The notes beneath the pieces are model-generated. The model ran no database searches and was not told the origin of the DNA. It saw only the letters and a list, made by a program, of their open reading frames with translations. A stretch of DNA of 58,093 nucleotides from a virus (taxonomy: Duplodnaviria > Caudoviricetes), in IMG/VR virus record IMGVR_UViG_3300033067_000641, positions 1-58,093 of that record; one strand, 5' to 3'. Shown piece by piece: positions 36,110-45,572 of this stretch. Position numbers and translations under genes: made by a program. Every line of letters starts with the position of its first letter. Within the stretch, counting starts at the first letter, position 1.

Positions 36110-37129
36110 TCAGGCGGCGATCCTGCCATCCTGTTGCGCTGCAAAAAGATCACGCTCTAGCTCTTTGAACTCGTTTTCGCGACCGGCAAATTTTCCGCGC
36201 CGGTTGTCGTCGTACAGCTTGGAGATCTCAGCCCGCGTCCAACGCCGCGCTTCCTGCGTCGACGGTGAGGTTGCGGCCAAAGTTCGCCCGGGCCCGATCT
36301 GGCGTTCCAGTTCGGTGACGTTGCTCTGACGAGTCGTAGTGCGTTGAGTGGGTGCGCCGACTTGGGGATTGAAGGCTTGGAAGATGGAAGCTACACGGGT
36401 GACGTCCAGATTTTTCTGTGCGTCCTCGATATACGTCTGACGAGTGATGCCCGTCATCGGATCGGGGGTCAGCAGCCACTGATGGAATTGGGGGTCGGCA
36501 TTGATTTGTTCCCAGTTGGGGATCATAGCCCCCAGACGACCGAAGAACTCCTGCTCTGCACTTACTCGCTGATTCTGAGCGACTTGCTGCACTGTCGGGA
36601 CGACTTGCTGAAGTCCGTTCAAACGCTGCTCCATCGCTACCAGAACTTGCTGAGTACGATCCAATTCCGCCTGTAGGCGGGCATTTTCCGATCGAGACAC
36701 ACGCTGTGCGAACTCCACCATCTCCTGCCCATAGTCTTCGACGTCCTGTTGGGTGACGAAGCCTCCGGTAGCGGGAGCGGGTGCAGCCTGCGCTTGCACT
36801 GGGGGTGCCGACTGCATCGTGGAAATCAACTGCTCCAACTGACTGATCCGTGCGGTAGCCTGATGAAGCTGAGTATTCACCGATTGGTAGACGCCCTGCA
36901 ATGAACGCCAACGCTGCGCGTATGTCTGACTATTTTCATCTTCCGGCGAGACCTCCCGTACTACAGGGGGTGCCTCGTTCCCACCAGATTGGGCCTTCGC
37001 TACCGACGTGCCTTCACCCTGCTCCACGGATTCAGTCGGAGGTGTAGTGCCCTCCCCTGTTCCATAGTGCTGCTCGATGATGGCGTTAGCGGTTTCGACT
37101 TGGGTCTTGATCTGGTCCGGCAGGTTCAT
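36110..37129 (-). CDS. Capsid scaffolding protein
   Basis: Q/E-rich coiled coil upstream of the capsid gene, ends ...AQQDGRI. Confidence 0.75.
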   Translation of the reverse strand: MNLPDQIKTQVETANAIIEQHYGTGEGTTPPTESVEQGEGTSVAKAQSGGNEAPPVVREVSPEDENSQTYAQRWRSLQGVYQSVNTQLHQATARISQLEQLISTMQSAPPVQAQAAPAPATGGFVTQQDVEDYGQEMVEFAQRVSRSENARLQAELDRTQQVLVAMEQRLNGLQQVVPTVQQVAQNQRVSAEQEFFGRLGAMIPNWEQINADPQFHQWLLTPDPMTGITRQTYIEDAQKNLDVTRVASIFQAFNPQVGAPTQRTTTRQSNVTELERQIGPGRTLAATSPSTQEARRWTRAEISKLYDDNRRGKFAGRENEFKELERDLFAAQQDGRIAA

Positions 37130-37159
37130 TTTTGTTCCTTACATTCGTTAAGGATTACA

Positions 37160-37348
37160 TCAAGACTTAAGTACCCGCTGCATTTCTGTCAGCGTCTGGA
37201 CGCGGCCTTGCATCACGCCCAGGTTGTCTTTTGCGAACGGCAGAGCATCTAGCTCGGTCTTCTGCCACGCGGCTACGAACTCCACGAATTCGGGGAATTG
37301 TCGTGCCATGTTTCGAATCCCTGCAAGCTGCTCTGGCGTGGGTTTCAT
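37160..37348 (-). CDS. Small conserved head-module protein
   Basis: MQGRVQTL motif, upstream of the scaffold gene. Confidence 0.65.
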   Translation of the reverse strand: MKPTPEQLAGIRNMARQFPEFVEFVAAWQKTELDALPFAKDNLGVMQGRVQTLTEMQRVLKS

Positions 37349-37734
37349 TACGGATTGCCGTTGATCACGAAGAAGTTGATCACGGAAGCCGTGGTGTCGG
37401 CTGTTGCGGTGTGCACGTTGGTCAGGGTAATGACGAACGAACCCGCCGCAATGGTAGTCACAACCGGGATCGTCAGACCCGTGGTGCCGCCGCCGGACTG
37501 GATGGACACCAGAACGATGGAATTGGCATTCACTTTGCTGTTGGTCACGGTGAACGCCGCTTGCGCCGATGCCGCCAAGGACGCAGCGTTGGTGGTGATC
37601 GCGCCTTGGTAGGCATTGACGGTCACACCGGTCGAACGGCTAGTCGCCTGCGTGACGTTTGCGATGTTCTCCGTGGGGGCGGCGATCGAACGGACGCGGA
37701 GCAGACCTACCGAGAACTCTTCATGACGTGCCAT
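37348..37734 (-). CDS. Structural protein (beta-rich)
   Basis: VTQATSRSTGVTVN...FTVTNS. Confidence 0.7.
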   Translation of the reverse strand: MARHEEFSVGLLRVRSIAAPTENIANVTQATSRSTGVTVNAYQGAITTNAASLAASAQAAFTVTNSKVNANSIVLVSIQSGGGTTGLTIPVVTTIAAGSFVITLTNVHTATADTTASVINFFVINGNP

Positions 37735-37785
37735 GATTCTTTTCCTTCACTAGACTGGCTTGACGGGTCGCCTACCAGAATGGGG

Positions 37786-38115
37786 TTAGCCTACGGTTTC
37801 GCCGTGTCCGAGCGATATGTAGATGTTTCGAGGGAACGTGCCGCCCACCGGGGCGACTGCTGAAATACTGGTGTTGAGGCCCTTTTCGAACAGCAGCGGG
37901 ATCGAGCCCGCGCCGGAGGCCAGTGGCATGGAACCGGGAGTTCCGACTGCCGGGACGGTAGCCGTGCTACCGACTTCGATATACACCGTTGCATCACCGC
38001 CGTTATAGATCCGAATCGTGCCGGGGCGGTTGGGAACCGCGATCGTGGCAGGCGTACTTGCTACTGTAAGCTGTAACACATACGTTCCCTGCGGGATGGG
38101 TGAAAAGCCTGCCAT
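37786..38115 (-). CDS. Structural protein
   Basis: RBS AAGGAG, start MAGFSP at 38115. Confidence 0.7.
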   Translation of the reverse strand: MAGFSPIPQGTYVLQLTVASTPATIAVPNRPGTIRIYNGGDATVYIEVGSTATVPAVGTPGSMPLASGAGSIPLLFEKGLNTSISAVAPVGGTFPRNIYISLGHGETVG

Positions 38116-38140
38116 GTCTGGCTCCTTAACGATTTGTTGC

Positions 38141-38169
38141 GTTATACGGTAGTTGCTTGTTGAAGTCAA
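38141..38169 (-). promoter_or_regulatory. sigma70-type promoter for head genes
   Basis: TTGACT-17 nt-TATAAC in an intergenic gap. Confidence 0.75.
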
Positions 38170-38197
38170 GCATCCCAATTTTTACTACACGATGTAG

Positions 38198-38449
38198 CTA
38201 TTTCTTCGACACCCACTCCACGCAGTCAGCGTGAAGGCGGCGACACAGGCCATACTGATCCGTTGCTTGGTACTCCCAGTTTCTCAACGAGAGTTCCGAG
38301 CCGTCCAAGGGCTTGGTCAACGGGTCGCACTGTGACAGGCACGACTGCGGGGGTTGTCGCGACACCGTTTGCGACGTCGATGGCGTCGTTGAGCAGCCCC
38401 ATAGACTCAGCGTCACGAGCGCAAGCAGCACGAGATTTCTTGAGTGCAT
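38198..38449 (-). CDS. o-spanin (Rz1-like lipoprotein)
   Basis: Lipobox LWGC, overlaps the i-spanin out of frame. Confidence 0.8.
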   Translation of the reverse strand: MHSRNLVLLALVTLSLWGCSTTPSTSQTVSRQPPQSCLSQCDPLTKPLDGSELSLRNWEYQATDQYGLCRRLHADCVEWVSKK

Positions 38450-38696
38450 CTAGTTCTCCTTTGTGTTTGGCGTTATTGGACGCAAGGCGCGAGGCTGCTT
38501 CAGCCTTGGCTGCGGAAACGGAGCGTTCGGTTTCAGCCGCAGCAGCGAGATTCGCAGCTTTAATAGCGGTGTCCTGCGCCACAGCGAGAGCACGGGCATT
38601 AGCGCCTGCCTCATACTTGTAGCCCACGCTGACCCCGGCGAAGAACAGGCTGATAGCGAAGACGATTCCGGCGATGATGGCATAGGGGTTGGGCAT
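38226..38696 (-). CDS. i-spanin (Rz-like)
   Basis: N-terminal TM segment followed by an Ala-rich coiled coil. Confidence 0.8.
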   Translation of the reverse strand: MPNPYAIIAGIVFAISLFFAGVSVGYKYEAGANARALAVAQDTAIKAANLAAAAETERSVSAAKAEAASRLASNNAKHKGELDALKKSRAACARDAESMGLLNDAIDVANGVATTPAVVPVTVRPVDQALGRLGTLVEKLGVPSNGSVWPVSPPSR

Positions 38697-38697
38697 G

Positions 38698-39027
38698 TCA
38701 TGGCTTCCTCGTGAAATCGTACTTCTCGACAATCTTGTTGGCGATGTTGGCCCCTGACCAAACGGCGAGGTAGATGGCGTAGATATAGACGAGGTGGATG
38801 CCGTTGGTGCTGTCAGTCAAACTCGCCTTCCGCGTCATGGAAATCAACGCCCAAGTCGAGGCCCACAACGCGATCAACTGGCCCACCTTGAAGATGGACA
38901 CCTTGTGGGTCGTCGTATCGACCAACAGCCATCGAAGATCGAACGCATCGTCCTTGCGTTGCCATAAAAAGAGGACAACCAGAAGGACACCCGCTGTGCC
39001 CAACAGGATCAGGTCGTTCATCATCAC
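38698..39027 (-). CDS. Putative holin
   Basis: Three hydrophobic segments, located between endolysin and spanins. Confidence 0.65.
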   Translation of the reverse strand: MMMNDLILLGTAGVLLVVLFLWQRKDDAFDLRWLLVDTTTHKVSIFKVGQLIALWASTWALISMTRKASLTDSTNGIHLVYIYAIYLAVWSGANIANKIVEKYDFTRKP

Positions 39028-39434
39028 CGTACAAGCAGGTAGAACTCATCTACCCCCTCCAACCGTTTCATGTAGGCGGCGTAGGTGTCGCGGGAGTGGT
39101 TGATCCACCATTCTTTTCCTTCGACAACCTCTTGGCCCGCGAGGACACAGCCCTCGCTATCCCGATTGAAGCATCCAACGTGGCAGCATAGTATTCCGCT
39201 GTGACCCTCAACCCCCATAACTTCGAAGGTTTCCACTGGGCCAGAATGAAGGTGGTGGATTCCCCGGACGCAGCGGTAGGTTCCGGGTGGTGTCTTCGGT
39301 AGATACGATCCATCGGTTTGCGGGTAGGCGTGTTCAAGAGTGACCATGAAGGGTGTGTCGTCCCCGGAGAACGTGAATTCGCCGAAGATGCCATCGGGGC
39401 GAAACTCAGACCGGAGAAGAACGTGGGTATCCAT
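39024..39434 (-). CDS. Putative endolysin (DUF5675, L,D-transpeptidase-like)
   Basis: TLE...PPGTY...HSGILCCHVGC..DSEGCVL, in the lysis cluster. Confidence 0.75.
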   Translation of the reverse strand: MDTHVLLRSEFRPDGIFGEFTFSGDDTPFMVTLEHAYPQTDGSYLPKTPPGTYRCVRGIHHLHSGPVETFEVMGVEGHSGILCCHVGCFNRDSEGCVLAGQEVVEGKEWWINHSRDTYAAYMKRLEGVDEFYLLVR

Positions 39435-39799
39435 TACTGCTCCCTCCGGTCCCCGTGATGCAGCCCGCACTCACTCTTATCGGCCTTGCTATCCAGCTTG
39501 TCGAAGACTTCCTTGAACAACTGCTCCATCCGCGCCGTCAATTGCCGGATACCCTCCTGCCGGACGTAGTTCTGCGACATCTCAAGCCGGACTTGGATCA
39601 GATCCTTGTCTATTCGCTTGAAGTCCTCATGCAGCGGGTCGAAAGTCTTGAGCTTGGAGTCGATGGTTTCGAAGCGTTGGTCAAGAATGGTCTTGAACTG
39701 CCCGAGCGCGATCTTGCCCAACGCCCACAACGCCCCAACGATCGCTACTGACGCCCCGATCAAATCTGAATGGGTGATCCCAACAGCCGACACATCCAT
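39434..39799 (-). CDS. Membrane protein of the lysis cluster
   Basis: Single TM segment plus coiled coil. Confidence 0.65.
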   Translation of the reverse strand: MDVSAVGITHSDLIGASVAIVGALWALGKIALGQFKTILDQRFETIDSKLKTFDPLHEDFKRIDKDLIQVRLEMSQNYVRQEGIRQLTARMEQLFKEVFDKLDSKADKSECGLHHGDRREQ

Positions 39800-39800
39800 C

Positions 39801-39968
39801 TCAGCACCCCTTCTTGCCCTTGACGATGCCGCCCTTCTTGAAAGGCATGGGCTTGGCCTGCTTCTTGTCGAAGGCCATTTCCTTCTTGCCGCCCTCTTTC
39901 ATGCCTTTCTTCTCGACGTCCTTGCCGGACTTCTCGAACTTGGCGAACGGGTTGGGTTTGGTAGCCAT
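39801..39968 (-). CDS. Small Lys-rich protein (55 aa)
   Basis: MATKPNPFAKFEK...FKKGGIVKGKKGC, TAATG-coupled to the portal stop. Not in the ORF track. Confidence 0.65.
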   Translation of the reverse strand: MATKPNPFAKFEKSGKDVEKKGMKEGGKKEMAFDKKQAKPMPFKKGGIVKGKKGC

Positions 39969-42061
39969 TATGCGGATCTCCCTGTCTGTGCGTTGGAAAC
40001 GGTGTTGCCCGACTGCCCGCCCTTCGGCATGCCTCCGGGGAATGTGGGGGCGGCTCCCGGTGCCTGTTGACCGCCCTGCTGCGGGGGTTGCCCCGGTTGG
40101 CCTTGCGCCTGCTGTGCCTGCGCGGCCTTGGCCATCTCGTCGGCTTTCTGCTCCATCTCCATCTTTTCCTTCGATGGGACGATTTCATCAACCGGCATGT
40201 CCAGACCCTTGGCGACTTCACGCAGGATCGCGGCCCGACCCGGCAACTTGACGATCTGCTGATCGATCGGGTTGGCGGTAGCTTGCAGGAACTCGACCCG
40301 ACGCACGTTGAGTTGTTCGCGGTTGGCCATCGTGATCGCGCCGGTCGCAAGGCACATGCAGTCGCCCTTGATGGCGTTGTCGTCGACGTAGCGCATGTTC
40401 CAGTTGAACTGGGCCGTCACCAACGGCTCGATGACGTCGCGATCGATGGCCATAATGACCTGTCGGATGCCCTTGCCCGCGCTGCCCATGAGCATGGATA
40501 GGCCGGACGCCGTGCGCCCCGCGCCTCCGACCTGCATATCGCCATAAACGTAGGCCGGAACACCCGACTGGTCGTCGGCGAGCTTGGAAAAGTGGGTGTA
40601 AACCGTCATCAGGGGCTGAGAACGGTCGTCGGGTTGGTCAAAACGGATGGCGGGTTGTCCCGAACCCATCGGATCGTTCAAAGTCTGCCAGATCCGCCAC
40701 GGTTGGAGGGTCGAAATCTCCTCATCTGCCGGTAAACGGTCAATATTGACCTCAACTTGGGGCCCGGAGGCCAATCCCATGTTGTTTACGAGCGCACGGG
40801 CAGCAGAATTGCACATCTGCTGTATGTCTTCGATGATTTCGGGGATGCCGGAGCCCCAAAGAGCGCCCGGGCGCTTGATGAACGAGGTCGTGTAGTACGG
40901 TTTCTTGCCCAGAGGGTCGTAATTCAGCACCGCCTTGATGACCCAACGCCCTATCATCCACGCGTTGACGTCGTATTCCTTGGCTTCGTCGGGGATTTCC
41001 TCCTCCGACATGCCCCATTCGCGCAATTTCTTGCCCGGAACCTTGCCCCAGAACTCCAGAGCATCGCACACCTGCGTCGGACGCATCCAGATGTTGTGCT
41101 TATTCTCCAATTGGGCCTTGGCCATCTCGGTGGACCAGAGCCAACCGAGCATCCCACCGGTGGGCATCTCGTTCAACACGGCCCGGATGGCGTCATCATC
41201 GTAGCCGGGAACACCGATCAGTTCGGCAAGCTCGGGACGGGAGAGCCTGTGGTGCTCGAACAGGTAGCCCTCGTGGATGTTGGTGATCCCTGCCTCGGGA
41301 TACATCCGGTAGGGGTCGCGGCGTTGGTACTGCGGGGCGAGTTGGTCGGTGACTTTCGGGGAATAGGTGCCGTCCGGGTTGGGCACCCACTCCAGTTTCC
41401 GCGTCCTCCGAACGATCGGCCCCTTGAGCCACGCATTCGGGTAGGTCGAGAGGTCTGACAGGAAGTCGTCGAACCCATCGACGAGCCCGCCCTCGGCGAA
41501 CTGGTCCTCGATTTGCGTTCGCATCCTGCGGGCAGTCTCCATCGCCTCGGCGTAAAGCTCCTCACGGATATCGTTCTCGGCGTTCTCCTTGAGGTCTTCC
41601 ATGTCCTCGGAGTCGGGCGCGATCTGGTTCTGCTGTATGGACTGGATGACCTTGTCGGCGAACTTCTTGTGGATGCGGTCCTGCACATCCTGTGGCAGGT
41701 CCGGCTTGGGCGTCGGCTTGATGTCGAAGGGGATCATGCCCCCCTCCATCAGTACGTCCCGTAGCCACGACTCCGCGCCACGGCACTTGGTCTCCGTGAG
41801 CATCATGTAGACCTTGGAGCCGCCCTGCTCCTCGATCTCGCGCAGCTTGTCGGCCTCGTACTCACCGGCCCGCTGCCGGAGGGCCTTGAGCATCTTCTCC
41901 TCGATCGGCTTCTTCGCCAGATACGCGGAGTTCCACAACGAATGGAGATGCGCGGCCAACCCTACGATCAAGGGCTCCGACTGACGCTGCTCGGCCTGAC
42001 GCTTGGCATCCGCGTCCCGGTCAAGCTGTGCGTTGGTTTTTAAGACCAACAGACCGGCCAT
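39968..42061 (-). CDS. Portal protein
   Basis: 697 aa after TerL. Motifs LWGSGIPE..DIQ..CN..AR..VNN..LASGP and GAGRTASGLSMLM, Q-rich tail. Confidence 0.9.
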   Translation of the reverse strand: MAGLLVLKTNAQLDRDADAKRQAEQRQSEPLIVGLAAHLHSLWNSAYLAKKPIEEKMLKALRQRAGEYEADKLREIEEQGGSKVYMMLTETKCRGAESWLRDVLMEGGMIPFDIKPTPKPDLPQDVQDRIHKKFADKVIQSIQQNQIAPDSEDMEDLKENAENDIREELYAEAMETARRMRTQIEDQFAEGGLVDGFDDFLSDLSTYPNAWLKGPIVRRTRKLEWVPNPDGTYSPKVTDQLAPQYQRRDPYRMYPEAGITNIHEGYLFEHHRLSRPELAELIGVPGYDDDAIRAVLNEMPTGGMLGWLWSTEMAKAQLENKHNIWMRPTQVCDALEFWGKVPGKKLREWGMSEEEIPDEAKEYDVNAWMIGRWVIKAVLNYDPLGKKPYYTTSFIKRPGALWGSGIPEIIEDIQQMCNSAARALVNNMGLASGPQVEVNIDRLPADEEISTLQPWRIWQTLNDPMGSGQPAIRFDQPDDRSQPLMTVYTHFSKLADDQSGVPAYVYGDMQVGGAGRTASGLSMLMGSAGKGIRQVIMAIDRDVIEPLVTAQFNWNMRYVDDNAIKGDCMCLATGAITMANREQLNVRRVEFLQATANPIDQQIVKLPGRAAILREVAKGLDMPVDEIVPSKEKMEMEQKADEMAKAAQAQQAQGQPGQPPQQGGQQAPGAAPTFPGGMPKGGQSGNTVSNAQTGRSA

Positions 42062-42073
42062 GATAGCCGGTCC

Positions 42074-42421
42074 TTACTTCTTGCTTGCTGCGAACTGGTC
42101 GCCTTGAACGTAGCCGTTGGACTCCTTGGCCGACCCCGGCTTGCCCGAGCGACCGGCTTTGCCCATGCTCTTGCCGGGGACGGAGCCCGCCGAGCCGGTG
42201 CGCTGCATCGCGAACTGGTCGCCCTGATGGAAGCCACTGGCGGGGGGAGCCGCGTCGGGGCCGGAGCCTGCCGCGTTCTTGTTGCGAAGGTCCATGTGGG
42301 AGCCGACGCCGCCACGGAAGCCGCCGGTAGCTGCGATCTGGTTGCCTTGGTTATAGCCGCCGGGGGTGGCAGAAGCAGCGCGACCGCCCACTTTGCCCAT
42401 GTTGTTGAACTGGTGTCCCAT
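42074..42421 (-). CDS. Gly-rich small protein
   Basis: Low complexity, repeated QGDQFA. Confidence 0.65.
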   Translation of the reverse strand: MGHQFNNMGKVGGRAASATPGGYNQGNQIAATGGFRGGVGSHMDLRNKNAAGSGPDAAPPASGFHQGDQFAMQRTGSAGSVPGKSMGKAGRSGKPGSAKESNGYVQGDQFAASKK

Positions 42422-42470
42422 GATGTTCTTTCCCTTTGCAAAGAGGACCCGGCTTCTGCCGAGTTGCGAC

Positions 42471-42499
42471 TTTATATCATGGGTCTGTCCCATTTGCAA
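42471..42499 (-). promoter_or_regulatory. sigma70-type promoter upstream of the portal genes
   Basis: TTGCAA-17 nt-TATAAA with a TGn extension. ACTCGGCAG half-site at the predicted +1. Confidence 0.65.
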
Positions 42500-42505
42500 C
42501 TACAG

Positions 42506-43912
42506 CTACGTCCATCCCCCTGCGCTCGCCACCTTGACCTGCCGCCTGCGGGACTGCGCCCTGCCGAACATGCGCCCGCCGTCGTGGTGGAGGCAGGCAT
42601 ACTGGAGGGCGTCGGCGACGTCCGAGATCGGGTGGCTTTTCTCCGGCGTGTCGTCGGCCACCCCCTTGGTATTGACCTTGTAGCGGTAGGCTCCGGCGAG
42701 ACCCCGGATGACGAGGGTGGCCGTCGGGCTGATGAGCATGCCGGGGTTGCCGTTGATCTGCCGCGTGAGGTAGTTCTCCACCGCGCCGAGCCGGGCAGCA
42801 ATGGCGTTGGTTGAGGCCGCTTGGACGGCAAACCCTTCCGCCTTGAAGATGTCCATCACGGACTTCTCGTCGGAATCCGCCCGGGCGTTGGCCGAGGGGT
42901 CGATGATCAGGGCGACGGAGGGGATGCTTCGGAAGGAATTGTTAAGGAGCGGTTTGAGAATCTCGCGACTGAAACGTAGCGCGCCCATACCCTCGGCATT
43001 TCCGGTGACAGCCGCATGGACAACGACTCGACCATCGTAAGTCTGTTGGGTAAGAACAGCAGACGGGTTAAGACCCGCGTCGATGCCGATGATAAGCGGA
43101 ACGGTGAGAAGATTAGGGACAGACGATGCGACGTGGATGGATCGATCAAAGCACCGGAAGACCGGTTGGCCGGAGAGGGACTTGCCGAACTCGGCGTGGA
43201 TATAGACGTCGATCCAGTCCTGTGTTTTGCCTTCCGCGAGGTTCGCATAGTAGTTCTCCTTGAGGTACTGCACCCAGTCTGCCTCGGGCGACAGGCCGGA
43301 GGGTTGGAAGAATACCGCCCAGTTGTCCGGCGGGTTGGTGAGCTTCTCCTCCCAGTAGGTGTCCATGTCCGGCGGGTTGCTCATGCCCCAGATCTTGTCC
43401 ATCTGGACGCCGTGGTCGTCCTTGCACCCCACCCCGTTCATCGACGAGTCTGGGTAGCGCCCGATCCGGCTCTGCAACACCTCGAAGATGTCGGGGTTGA
43501 TTTCGCGGAACTCGTCCATCACGGCGAAGGTCGCGTTGAGGGACAGCAGTCGCCGGACGTCGTTGGCATCGTCCAGACCCCGGAACAGCACCTCGCACTC
43601 GACGTCGTCGAACTTCAGGATGAACTTGAACTCGGTCTTGGCGAACGCCCCGGCCACCCCGTCCGGGAACCATTTGAGGAAGTCGGGCAGCGTCGTGTCC
43701 CGCAACTGCTCCCGCGTGTTCCGTATCCAGATGCACTTGCTGCGCCGGACGCCATCCCGACAGGGAGCGATGCGCGCCGCCTCGTAGCTGATCTTGATGA
43801 TCCCCGCCGTCGTCTTGGTGGAACCCACCGGCCCGACGATCAGGTTGATGAACTTGTCCGACTGGAGGAACCCCTGTACCGACTTGGGGGGTGCGTAGAC
43901 TAGCTCTCCCAT
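42506..43912 (-). CDS. terL: Terminase large subunit
   Basis: GPVGSTKT, RNT..QL.DTT, MDE, SNPP, GIDAGLNP, DALQY. Confidence 0.95.
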   Translation of the reverse strand: MGELVYAPPKSVQGFLQSDKFINLIVGPVGSTKTTAGIIKISYEAARIAPCRDGVRRSKCIWIRNTREQLRDTTLPDFLKWFPDGVAGAFAKTEFKFILKFDDVECEVLFRGLDDANDVRRLLSLNATFAVMDEFREINPDIFEVLQSRIGRYPDSSMNGVGCKDDHGVQMDKIWGMSNPPDMDTYWEEKLTNPPDNWAVFFQPSGLSPEADWVQYLKENYYANLAEGKTQDWIDVYIHAEFGKSLSGQPVFRCFDRSIHVASSVPNLLTVPLIIGIDAGLNPSAVLTQQTYDGRVVVHAAVTGNAEGMGALRFSREILKPLLNNSFRSIPSVALIIDPSANARADSDEKSVMDIFKAEGFAVQAASTNAIAARLGAVENYLTRQINGNPGMLISPTATLVIRGLAGAYRYKVNTKGVADDTPEKSHPISDVADALQYACLHHDGGRMFGRAQSRRRQVKVASAGGWT

Positions 43913-44262
43913 CGGGTGTGAATGCCAAGGAGTGCGAGGTCGGTCGTGATGGTCGAGGGGGCGAGGTAGCTCGGGGGTTCTTCTTCGATCGGGTCAAGGG
44001 TCACGCCGGACACCACCTGCTCGGCGTTGTTCAACACGATCTTGATGGTGAAGCCGGTTCCCTGCGGAGTGAGCAGTTGCTTCGGCTCCAGATCCCCCGT
44101 CTTGGTAACGAACTTCAGGTAGTCGAGCTTCTGGGTGAAGGAAGCCGTGCTCGACAGCAGGTAGTCGTAGCATTCTTCCTGCAATGCGAGGGCTTGAGCC
44201 TGACTTTTCTTCTTGAAAAGCTGCTCAACTGACATTCCATCGGGGATGACTATGTCGTTCAT
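43900..44262 (-). CDS. Putative terminase small subunit
   Basis: Overlaps the terL start. C-terminal GFTIKIVL. Confidence 0.6.
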   Translation of the reverse strand: MNDIVIPDGMSVEQLFKKKSQAQALALQEECYDYLLSSTASFTQKLDYLKFVTKTGDLEPKQLLTPQGTGFTIKIVLNNAEQVVSGVTLDPIEEEPPSYLAPSTITTDLALLGIHTRWES

Positions 44263-44294
44263 TCGGTCAGAGTACCAGAACCGGGCAGGGTTGG

Positions 44295-44723
44295 TCAATC
44301 CTCGTCAATCGTGGCCAAGAACTCGGCACGGGCAGCATTGTCCCGCTCGATCTCCTCGGGGGTGCGGGTGTCTTCCACTGCTTCGTCGTTTCGGAGTTTG
44401 ATCTCCTCCCGCACCAACTCGATGAACTCGATGGGTTCTCCGGCAGCAGTCAGGTCGGCAATGGTCTGCCTCGGCATGATGGTTCCCGGCTCTGCTGCTC
44501 GAATGGCGGCGATGGTGCGTTTTTGGGAATCGGTGAGGACGAGGCGGGCGGGTTTGGGGATGCGCAGTGACGGCGGGGCGACTTCTTTTATCTCAACCCC
44601 AAGGTACGCTTCGACGCTTCGCCTCACAATCTCCGAAATGGGGGCACCGGTTCTCCGAGACTCTTTTTTGAGGGCGGCGATCGTTTCGATTTCGAAATAG
44701 GTATGGATCTGTTTTCGGGCCAT
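44295..44723 (-). CDS. Ribbon-helix-helix (CopG/Arc-like) DNA-binding protein
   Basis: MARKQIHTYF...LKKESRRTGAPISEIVRRSVEAYL. Confidence 0.8.
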   Translation of the reverse strand: MARKQIHTYFEIETIAALKKESRRTGAPISEIVRRSVEAYLGVEIKEVAPPSLRIPKPARLVLTDSQKRTIAAIRAAEPGTIMPRQTIADLTAAGEPIEFIELVREEIKLRNDEAVEDTRTPEEIERDNAARAEFLATIDED

Positions 44724-44749
44724 GATAGTCTCTTAGAATTGGTGCTTTT

Positions 44750-44778
44750 ATTATATGGTACTACCTGATAGCTGTCAA
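44750..44778 (-). promoter_or_regulatory. Perfect-consensus sigma70 promoter
   Basis: TTGACA-gctatcaggtagtacca(17)-TATAAT. Confidence 0.92.
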
Positions 44779-45049
44779 TACTTTCTTGTATGTGTATTAA
44801 TACGGGTAGTTAGTTGTACCGATGTGTATTGGGTGATACATATACCACTAATTTTATTATTGGGGAAAAAATGGGCCGTGTTATGAACGGAACAGTCGAA
44901 AAAGGGGCCCCCCGTGGGGGGGTCGTGGCCATCTGCCCCCCGGTCGCCTTGCTTGCCTGACCCACCCCCTGCCGCCCCCGCCCCCCTACTGCCCCGAGGG
45001 GTATCTGTAGAGTGTGGGTTGTCGGCAGGGCAGACACGCCCTGCACGGC

Positions 45050-45071
45050 ACTTGGCAGACTTCTGCCGAGT
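45050..45071. repeat. Palindrome copy 1
   Basis: ACTTGGCAG-ACTT-CTGCCGAGT. Confidence 0.85.
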
Positions 45072-45098
45072 TCATCCACTCACTTCAAGGAGATTCAA

Positions 45099-45551
45099 AT
45101 GAGCAAGAAATCCACACTAGTAGCCGCAGTCGTTTCCGCCTTCCGTTCCCACAAGGACATGCACAAGACGATTGCAGCGCAACTGCCCAAGCTCTCTGCT
45201 GCCGAGCGCAAGGCGTTTGTGATCGACACAGCCAATGCTCTCGCGGCATGCTCGCCCAACGGCATGCAGACCTACGATGGGCAACGCGGCATCGCATTCG
45301 GCATCTGGGATGCGGAATCCGGCAAGATGGTTCGCACCCCGGAATGCAACGCTACACGGGAGTGGTTCCGGGTCAACGTCCTGCGCTACTTCAAGCCCGT
45401 GACCGAGCCGGTCGCTCCGTCTGCCATCTGGAGCAAGATCGCCGGAGAACTGACCACCATCAAGACTAAGGCCCGCAAGCTGAACACGGCAGAGCAGCGC
45501 ATGTTCTTCGCCCGCCTTGCCGAACTGGAAGCTGAGTTCTTCGCCGACTAA
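45099..45551 (+). CDS. Hypothetical early protein
   Basis: RBS AAGGAG, starts MSKKSTL. Confidence 0.8.
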   Translation: MSKKSTLVAAVVSAFRSHKDMHKTIAAQLPKLSAAERKAFVIDTANALAACSPNGMQTYDGQRGIAFGIWDAESGKMVRTPECNATREWFRVNVLRYFKPVTEPVAPSAIWSKIAGELTTIKTKARKLNTAEQRMFFARLAELEAEFFAD

Positions 45552-45572
45552 CTCGGCAGGAATCTGCCGAGT
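45551..45572. repeat. Palindrome copy 2
   Basis: ACTCGGCAG-GAAT-CTGCCGAGT. Confidence 0.9.

Noticed and set aside
11767-44232. Long + strand ORFs opposite the structural genes (e.g. 16612-18066, 18190-19488, 24393-25685)
   Set aside because: Antisense shadows of GC-rich coding genes, with no recognisable motifs.
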